From: Vicinamibacterales bacterium
GTDB lineage: Bacteria > Acidobacteriota > Vicinamibacteria > Vicinamibacterales > UBA8438
Assembly: GCA_965221305.1 (NCBI GenBank)
Contig: OZ244881.1
Span: 4,319,505 to 4,383,504 of the forward strand
Direction: 5' to 3'
Length of the DNA stretch: 64,000 bases
A model generated the notes under the pieces. It ran no database searches. It was not told the DNA's origin and saw only the letters and a program-made list of their open reading frames with translations. Both the position numbers and the translations under genes were made by a program. Below, piece after piece: positions 58,217 through 64,000 of the stretch; positions within the stretch are counted from its first letter, which is position 1, and every line of letters starts with the position of its first letter.

Positions 58217-59242
58217 ATGCATTGCTCCCACCGGTTTCTCCACGGCGTGTCCGCCGCCGCGATCCTGCTGATCGGCCCGCCCGAGGGCCTTGCGCAGAAC
58301 GAAGAGGGCCGCATTCAGGGCCGGGTGTTCATCGAGGGCACCCGCGACCCCGTCGTCGGCGCCTTCGTCCGGGCCGACCCTCCACTCTTCTCGCCCAACG
58401 GCGACCGGCTGCAGATGGCCGAGGCCCTGGAGACCCTGACCGACGACGACGGCCGCTTCGCGCTGACGTGGATGCGCAGCGGCATCTGGAACACGATGGT
58501 CATGGCCGAGGGCTACGAGGACGCCATGCTGCGCATCGAGGTGATGCAGAACCGGTCGAACGCGTGCACGCCGACCAGGCTGCAGAACTGCGTGCAGCCC
58601 ATCGAGTACTACATGGTCCCGCTGAAGGCGGACGCGGAAGACCAGGTCGGGTCGTTCCTGGCCGGGCTCGACGTCGAGGAGACGGAGCTGGACCGGACCG
58701 TGGCCGAGCTGGGCGCGGCCGATGACGCCTACAACCGCCAGGACTACGGGACCGCCATCGACGGCTACTCGCGGCTGCTCGCGAGGTGGCCGCAGATGGT
58801 TACGCTGCACCAGGACATCGGCGACGCCCACCGGGCCCTGGCCCGGTACGAGGAGGCCATCGCGGCCTACGAGCGCTATCGGGCGGCGGCGCCGGACGAC
58901 AGGGCCATCGAGAGGAAGATCGCGCGGGCGCAGCTCCTGTTGGGCGACCTCGCCGCGGCCCGGGATCTCGCCGCCGCCGGGGGCGATGCGTCGCCCGAGG
59001 ACCTCTACAACCTCGGGGAGGTCGCGTTCAGCGAGGGCGACGTCGCCGCCGCCGCCGATTGGTACGAGAAGTCCGCCGCCGCCGACCCCGCGTGGGCGCC
59101 CCCCGTCTTCAAGCTCGGCATGGTGGCCCTGAACCGGGGCGACATCGAAGGCGCCAAGGCCCTGTTCCGGCAGGTCGTCGACCTCGATCCCGACTCGGAG
59201 GAGGCGGCGCAGGCCCAGGGAATGATATCGGCGCTGCCTTGA
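58217..59242 (+). CDS. Exported CarboxypepD_reg-like + TPR repeat protein
   Basis: RIQGRVFIEGTRDPVVGAFV...DDDGRFALTWMRSGIWNTMVMAEGY followed by TPRs (YNRQDYGTAIDGYSRLL..., YNLGEVAFSEGDV...). Confidence 0.65.
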   Translation: MHCSHRFLHGVSAAAILLIGPPEGLAQNEEGRIQGRVFIEGTRDPVVGAFVRADPPLFSPNGDRLQMAEALETLTDDDGRFALTWMRSGIWNTMVMAEGYEDAMLRIEVMQNRSNACTPTRLQNCVQPIEYYMVPLKADAEDQVGSFLAGLDVEETELDRTVAELGAADDAYNRQDYGTAIDGYSRLLARWPQMVTLHQDIGDAHRALARYEEAIAAYERYRAAAPDDRAIERKIARAQLLLGDLAAARDLAAAGGDASPEDLYNLGEVAFSEGDVAAAADWYEKSAAADPAWAPPVFKLGMVALNRGDIEGAKALFRQVVDLDPDSEEAAQAQGMISALP

Positions 59243-59448
59243 CGGGGGTCTGTCGAGGTCGGCGCGAGCATCGCGACCCGGGTCCGTGACATCGACGTCC
59301 CACCGCGACCCCGGTCTGCGCGGTCTCGCAGCCGGTGCGCGCTTGGCGACAGCCCCCGGGCATGTCGGGTGGCGCCGGCGCGTCACCCCGAGTCGGATCG
59401 AGCTGGTCGCCGGCAGCGACGGAGTTTCTACAACCGGAGGTTCTCGAC

Positions 59449-60384
59449 ATGACGGCCCGAACCACGCGTCGCTCCGTCGTCGGCATTCTCGCCGCCCTCG
59501 CCCTCGTCGCGTCCGGCGTGCCCGGGACGAGCCTAGTCGCCCGGGCGCAGACGCAGTCGTTCTTCGTCAGCTTCACCGACGCCGAGGGCGCGCCCGTCAC
59601 CGACATGAACCGCACGGAGGTGTTCGTCGAGACGGACGGCGAGCGCAGCGAGGCCCTCGGCCTCGAGCCGGTCCGCTGGCCGCTGCGGGTGACGGTGTTC
59701 GTCGACAACGGGCTCGCGAGTCCGCCCCTGCTGGACCACATCCGGGAGGGGTTGAGGCGCTTCGTGGACGCGATTCCCGCGGACATCGAGGTGGCGATCG
59801 GCACCATCGGGGGACGGCCGCAGTTCATGGCCCGGCACACCACCGACCGGCGGACGCTCGAGGACGCCATCGGCGTGATTGCGCCGGAGATGGACGGCGC
59901 GGCCAGCTTCCTCGACGCGCTCTACGAGGAAGCGGAGCGGCTGCACGAGGACGAGGCGGGCGAGTATTTCCCCGTCATCGTCATGGTCGCGACCAACGGC
60001 CCCGAGGGGAGCACTCGGGTGCGCGAGCGGCCGTTCCGAGAGATGATGGAGCGCCTGATCGCCAACCGCGCCGCCCTCCACACCCGCATGTACACCTTCA
60101 CGTCGGTCACCGGGGTCAAGCAGGGCGGCGACCAGATGCGGTGGGCCATGGACATCGGCCGGGTGACCGCGGGCAGCTACGACGGGCTGAGCTCGGCCAT
60201 CGGGTTCCGCACCCAGCTTCCGGCGCTCGCCGAGGATCTCGGCCGCAAGCACCGGCTGATGAGTAACCAGTACCTCCTGACGTACACGCCGCCGGCGAAC
60301 GCGACCGAGCAGTCGGTCGTCCGGTTGCTGACCACGCGGCCCGGCGTCCGGATGACGCCGACGCGCGACGGCAAGATACCGTAG
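59449..60384 (+). CDS. VWA-related exported protein (TIGR03436-like) with non-canonical MIDAS
   Basis: ATG 59449 follows GGAGG. It has a Tat-like RTTRRSVVG signal. FFVSFTDAEGAPVTDMNRTEVFVETDGERSE matches the acidobacterial VWFA-related N-terminal pattern. VFVDNGLAS occupies the place of DxSxS. Confidence 0.65.
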   Translation: MTARTTRRSVVGILAALALVASGVPGTSLVARAQTQSFFVSFTDAEGAPVTDMNRTEVFVETDGERSEALGLEPVRWPLRVTVFVDNGLASPPLLDHIREGLRRFVDAIPADIEVAIGTIGGRPQFMARHTTDRRTLEDAIGVIAPEMDGAASFLDALYEEAERLHEDEAGEYFPVIVMVATNGPEGSTRVRERPFREMMERLIANRAALHTRMYTFTSVTGVKQGGDQMRWAMDIGRVTAGSYDGLSSAIGFRTQLPALAEDLGRKHRLMSNQYLLTYTPPANATEQSVVRLLTTRPGVRMTPTRDGKIP

Positions 60385-60493
60385 TTGACCGTCCCTGCGA
60401 GAAGTTGCCCATGTCGCGGGGCGTCTTCGCAGCGTCTGCCAGCGAAGACCCAGCGGCACGACGGCAAGGGAAGCTCGGGGAACAGTCCACTGG
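60382..60493. repeat. ~110-nt hairpin-containing intergenic element, copy 2
   Basis: It aligns with 40199-40308 and begins at the TAG stop of the upstream gene, as copy 1 does with the TAG of a rejected track ORF. The inner GAAG..GCCC..GGGC..CTTC hairpin is conserved. Confidence 0.75.
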
Positions 60494-60581
60494 GTAGGCG
60501 GCGGCGCGGGGCGTGATGCCCGCCGGCACCGCCCCCGGCGGGCCGCCCGCTTCGACGTGGGATAATCGCCGCGTGCGTCGG

Positions 60582-62378
60582 ATGACCCGCCCCTCCATCG
60601 TCGGCGCCGTCGGGGCGCCCCTCGCGATGCTGGTCCTTGCAGGCGGCCCGGGGGCCGTCCGCGGGGCAGCGCAGTCGGCGGCGCCCCGAGCGGGCGAGGC
60701 GTGGTTCGCCGACCGGGCCGAGGCGGCGGGCATCGACTTCGTGCACTTCAACGGCGCGTCGGGCCAGCTCTTCATGGGCGAGATTCTCGGCCCGGGCGCG
60801 GCCCTGTTCGACTTCGACGACGACGGCGATCTCGACGTCTACATCGTGCAGGGTCGGATGCTCCACCCGGGCGCGGCCGTCGACCCGGCGACCGTCCCGC
60901 CCGAGGGAAATGCGCCGGGGGACCGCCTGTACCGCAACGACCTAGTGGCGCATGTCGACGGGACCCGCACCCTGCGCTTCACCGACGTCACCGCGGGTAG
61001 CGGCCTCGACGGCGGCGCGTACGGCATGGGCGTCGCGGCGGGCGACGTCGACAACGACGGTTGGGTCGACCTGTACCGCACCGCCCTGGGGCCAAACCGG
61101 CTCTTCCGCAACAACGGCGACGGCACCTTCACCGACGTCACCGGGGAGGCGGGCGTCGGAGACCCCCGGTGGAGCGTGTCGGCCTCGTTCGCCGACCTCG
61201 ACCGCGACGGCTGGCTCGATCTGTACGTCGGGAACTACCTCGACTACCGCGTCGACGCGCCGCAGCCGGCGTGCTTCACCCGCACCGGGGAGCGGGACTA
61301 CTGCGGGCCGAGCGCCTTCGCCTCCGTTCCCGACCGGCTCTACCGCAACCGGGGGGATGGGACCTTCGCCGACGTCACGGCAGCGTCGGGAGCGGCGCGC
61401 GAGTACGGCGCCGCCCTCGGGGTCGCCGCCTTCGACGCCGACGACGACGGGTGGACGGACGTCTACGTCGCCAACGACGGCGAGCCGAACCTGCTCTGGC
61501 TCAACCGGCGGGACGGGACCCTCGCGAACGGCGCGCTGCTCGCGGGGGCGGCCCTCAACGACCGCGGCCGGACCGAGGGCAGCATGGGGGTCGACGCCGG
61601 CGACTTCGACGGGGACGGCGACGACGACCTCTTCATGACCCACCTGACGCGCGAGACCAACACACTCTACGTCAACGACGGCCTCGGGCTCTTCGAAGAC
61701 CGGACCGCGACCGTCGGCCTGGGGGCGCCGAGCTTCGCCTACACCGGCTTCGGAACCGCGTGGTTCGACTTCGACAACGACGGCTGGCTGGACCTGCTGA
61801 CCGTGAACGGGGCGGTCCAGGCCAGTCATCAGCGATTCGCCGGGCGCGCCGCGGCGGGGTCCGCGCGGGCCGGGGAGCCGCCCCTGCTCGACCAACCCAA
61901 TCAGTTGTTCCGTAACCTGGGGAACGGGCGGTTCGACGAGGTCACGCGGCAGGCCGGCCCCGTGTTCGGACTGTCGGAGGTGAGTCGCGGCGCCGCCTTC
62001 GGCGACGTCGACAACGACGGCGACTTGGATGTCCTCGTGACCAACAACGGCGGTCGGGCGCGGTTGCTCATCAACGAGGTCGGCAACCGCAACCGGTGGC
62101 TCGGCCTCCGCCTGGTCGGCGGCTCCGGCCGCCGGGACATGCTCGGCGCGAGAGTCGGCGTCTTCCGCGACGTCGGCCCCCCGCTGTGGCGCCGCGCCAG
62201 GACCGACGGCAGCTACGCCTCGGCCAGCGACCCGAGAGTACTGGTCGGGCTTGGCGACGCCGCTGCGGCGCCGCGGGTCCGCGTGGTCTGGCCGAGCGGC
62301 CGCGAGGAGGACTGGACGGACCTGCCGGTGGACCGGTGGGTGACCCTCGAAGAGGGAACGGGCGAGAGCCGGGAATGA
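60582..62378 (+). CDS. CRTAC1-family protein (FG-GAP/VCBS repeats + ASPIC/UnbV C-terminal domain)
   Basis: Seven DxDxDGxxD repeats (DFDDDGDLDVYIV, DVDNDGWVDLY, DLDRDGWLDLY, ...) and a C-terminal RWLGLRLVG...GARVGVF...SYASASDPRVLVGLG. The start could be 60513/60516 or 60582. Confidence 0.8.
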   Translation: MTRPSIVGAVGAPLAMLVLAGGPGAVRGAAQSAAPRAGEAWFADRAEAAGIDFVHFNGASGQLFMGEILGPGAALFDFDDDGDLDVYIVQGRMLHPGAAVDPATVPPEGNAPGDRLYRNDLVAHVDGTRTLRFTDVTAGSGLDGGAYGMGVAAGDVDNDGWVDLYRTALGPNRLFRNNGDGTFTDVTGEAGVGDPRWSVSASFADLDRDGWLDLYVGNYLDYRVDAPQPACFTRTGERDYCGPSAFASVPDRLYRNRGDGTFADVTAASGAAREYGAALGVAAFDADDDGWTDVYVANDGEPNLLWLNRRDGTLANGALLAGAALNDRGRTEGSMGVDAGDFDGDGDDDLFMTHLTRETNTLYVNDGLGLFEDRTATVGLGAPSFAYTGFGTAWFDFDNDGWLDLLTVNGAVQASHQRFAGRAAAGSARAGEPPLLDQPNQLFRNLGNGRFDEVTRQAGPVFGLSEVSRGAAFGDVDNDGDLDVLVTNNGGRARLLINEVGNRNRWLGLRLVGGSGRRDMLGARVGVFRDVGPPLWRRARTDGSYASASDPRVLVGLGDAAAAPRVRVVWPSGREEDWTDLPVDRWVTLEEGTGESRE

Positions 62379-64000
62379 GGTGGCAGCGGGAGCTCTCGAT
62401 CCGGCTCGTGGCGGCGTGCCTGCCATTGGGAGCGGCGGGTGGCCACGCCGCGGGTGGGCCGATGGGCGTGACGGGGGCGCCGTCGCAGTCGGTCCTGAAG
62501 GAGGCGGCCCTCCGGCCGGTGGCTCTGCCCGACCTCGGCCGCGCTCACGCCTCGGTCCAAGCGCAGCTTCGGGAGGCGTACGAGACGCTGAACGCGGCCG
62601 ATCCCGGAGGGCGCAGCGAGGCCTACGGCGAGTTGGGGAAGCTCCTGATGGCCGGCGCCTACCTCGACGAGGCGGAGCGCTTCTTCCTGAACGCGCAGGT
62701 GCTCGCCCCCGACGACTTCCGCTGGTCCTACTACCTCGGACATCTCTACAGGAAGACGGGGCGGCTGACGGAGTCGGTCGATTACTTCGAACAGGCGCTG
62801 CGCCTGCGTCCTGACGATCTGGCGGCGCTCACGTGGCTGGGTCAGGTGCATATCGATGCGGGCCGGCCGGACGCGGCCGCGCCGCACCTCGCCCGGGCGC
62901 GCGCCCTCGATCCCGACGCCCCGGCGGTGCTGTTCCAGCTCGCCCGCGCCGCCTCGGCGGGGCGGGACCACGCGGGCGCGGCGGCGCTCCTGGAGGATGC
63001 TTTGCGGCTGGAGCCGGCCGCCACGGCGCTCCACTATCCCCTCGCCATGGCGTACCGCGGCCTCGGGGACATCGAGCGTGCGCAGGCCTACCTGGATCGG
63101 AGCGAGCGGCTCGCCGGCGAAGGGCGTGGCGTCACCCTGCCGGATCCGTTGATGGCGGCGGTCGACACCGCCCTGCGGAGCCCGCAGGTCCATTGGGATC
63201 TCGGGCTGTACGCCGGTGCGAGGGACGATTGGCCCGAAGCGGTGCGCCAGTTCCGAGAGGCGACCCGGCTCGCGCCCGACCTTCCCGTCCTGCGGTTGAA
63301 CCTCGGCCTCGCCCTGAACCGCACGGGCGCGGCGCGCGCCGCGCTGGAGCAGCTCGAGGAGGCGGTGCGCCTCGATCCCGGGCTGGCCGCCGCCCACTTC
63401 GCCCTGGGCACGCTCTACGAGCGAAGCGGGCGGGACCGGGAGGCGGTCGAGCGTTACACCCTTGCCGTGACCCACGACGCCAACCACGTCGAGGCGCAAC
63501 TCAGACTGGCCGACTCGCTCCGCCGGATCGGCCGACTCGAAGCGTCGCTCGCGCCCTACCGGCGGGTGATCGAGCTCGAACCTGATTCGCGGGAGGCGCG
63601 GTTCGGCGAGGCGATGGCCCTCGTGCGGCTGGGCCGCCATTCCGAGGCCCTGCAGCGGTTCCGGGCGGCGATGGCGCGGCATGACGGCGAGCCCGCGTTC
63701 GCCCTCGCCGCCGCCCGCCTCCTGGCCGCCGCCCCTGACGCGGGGCTGCGCGACGGCTCGGAGGCCCTGGCGCTGGCGCGGGGGGTGGAGGAGACGCACA
63801 AGACCACGGCCGTGGCCGAGACGATGGCCATGGCCCTCGCCGAGCTGGGCCGGTTCGACGAGGCGGTCGAGTGGCAGCGGGCGGCGATGTCGGGTGCGGC
63901 GGGGGAGCGGGCCGGGGCCTCGCAGCGCATGGCCGCCAACTTGGCGCTCTACCGGCTCGGCCGGCCCTGCCGCACGCCCTGGCGCGACGACGACCCGGAG
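62375..64000 (+). CDS. TPR repeat protein, 3' end outside the window
   Basis: It is absent from the track because no stop lies inside the window. My own translation from ATG 62375 (ATGA overlap with the upstream stop) gives 542 open codons with repeated TPR units (YYLGHLYRKTGRLTESVDYFEQALRLRPDD..., HFALGTLYERSGRDREAVERYTLAV...). Confidence 0.75.
   Translation, partial: MRWQRELSIRLVAACLPLGAAGGHAAGGPMGVTGAPSQSVLKEAALRPVALPDLGRAHASVQAQLREAYETLNAADPGGRSEAYGELGKLLMAGAYLDEAERFFLNAQVLAPDDFRWSYYLGHLYRKTGRLTESVDYFEQALRLRPDDLAALTWLGQVHIDAGRPDAAAPHLARARALDPDAPAVLFQLARAASAGRDHAGAAALLEDALRLEPAATALHYPLAMAYRGLGDIERAQAYLDRSERLAGEGRGVTLPDPLMAAVDTALRSPQVHWDLGLYAGARDDWPEAVRQFREATRLAPDLPVLRLNLGLALNRTGAARAALEQLEEAVRLDPGLAAAHFALGTLYERSGRDREAVERYTLAVTHDANHVEAQLRLADSLRRIGRLEASLAPYRRVIELEPDSREARFGEAMALVRLGRHSEALQRFRAAMARHDGEPAFALAAARLLAAAPDAGLRDGSEALALARGVEETHKTTAVAETMAMALAELGRFDEAVEWQRAAMSGAAGERAGASQRMAANLALYRLGRPCRTPWRDDDPE

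Overview
Very GC-rich chromosomal segment (roughly 70% GC by eye, not computed) from a diderm bacterium. The gene content includes Oar-like TonB-dependent receptors, a TIGR03436-like VWA protein, a CRTAC1/ASPIC-TPR pair and a full Bat operon. By inference this suggests a Gemmatimonadota/Acidobacteriota-like lineage. I can support about 50 protein genes, 2 tRNAs (Ser-GGA, Asn-GTT) and an SRP RNA. The housekeeping backbone is ffs-dnaX-ybaB-recR, queG, yqgE/algH, rsgA, dinB, ettA, an MsbA-like ABC exporter, a TAXI-TRAP transporter, aminotransferases, peptidases and hydrolases. The largest coherent system is an 8-gene, mostly translationally coupled MoxR-DUF58-(expanded DUF4381-like)-BatA-BatB-BatC-BatD-BatE operon on the minus strand (6103-15163). 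The right end (53.5-64 kb) is an envelope cluster: esterase, Oar-like TonB receptor, CarboxypepD_reg/TPR protein, VWA protein with a degenerate MIDAS, CRTAC1-like protein and a TPR protein that runs off the window. I see no rRNA, CRISPR array, intact transposase or integrase, or prophage. The accessory signal is four eroded defence/TA relics: an internal BrxL (BREX) fragment beside tRNA-Ser, a DNA-methyltransferase motif-I fragment, a BrnA-type antitoxin tail with an in-frame TAA, and an orphan VapB-like antitoxin. There are also several families of intergenic repeats. One is a ~135-155-nt direct repeat bracketing yqgE. Another is a ~110-nt hairpin-containing element present twice, 20 kb apart. 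The rest are perfect 82-bp tandem copies and REP-like palindromic units at convergent gene ends. I did not find a clearly novel multi-gene system. The best candidates for follow-up are the repeat elements, the Bat operon variant and the envelope cluster. Many long ORFs in the supplied track are antisense or off-frame artefacts of the high GC content and are rejected below.
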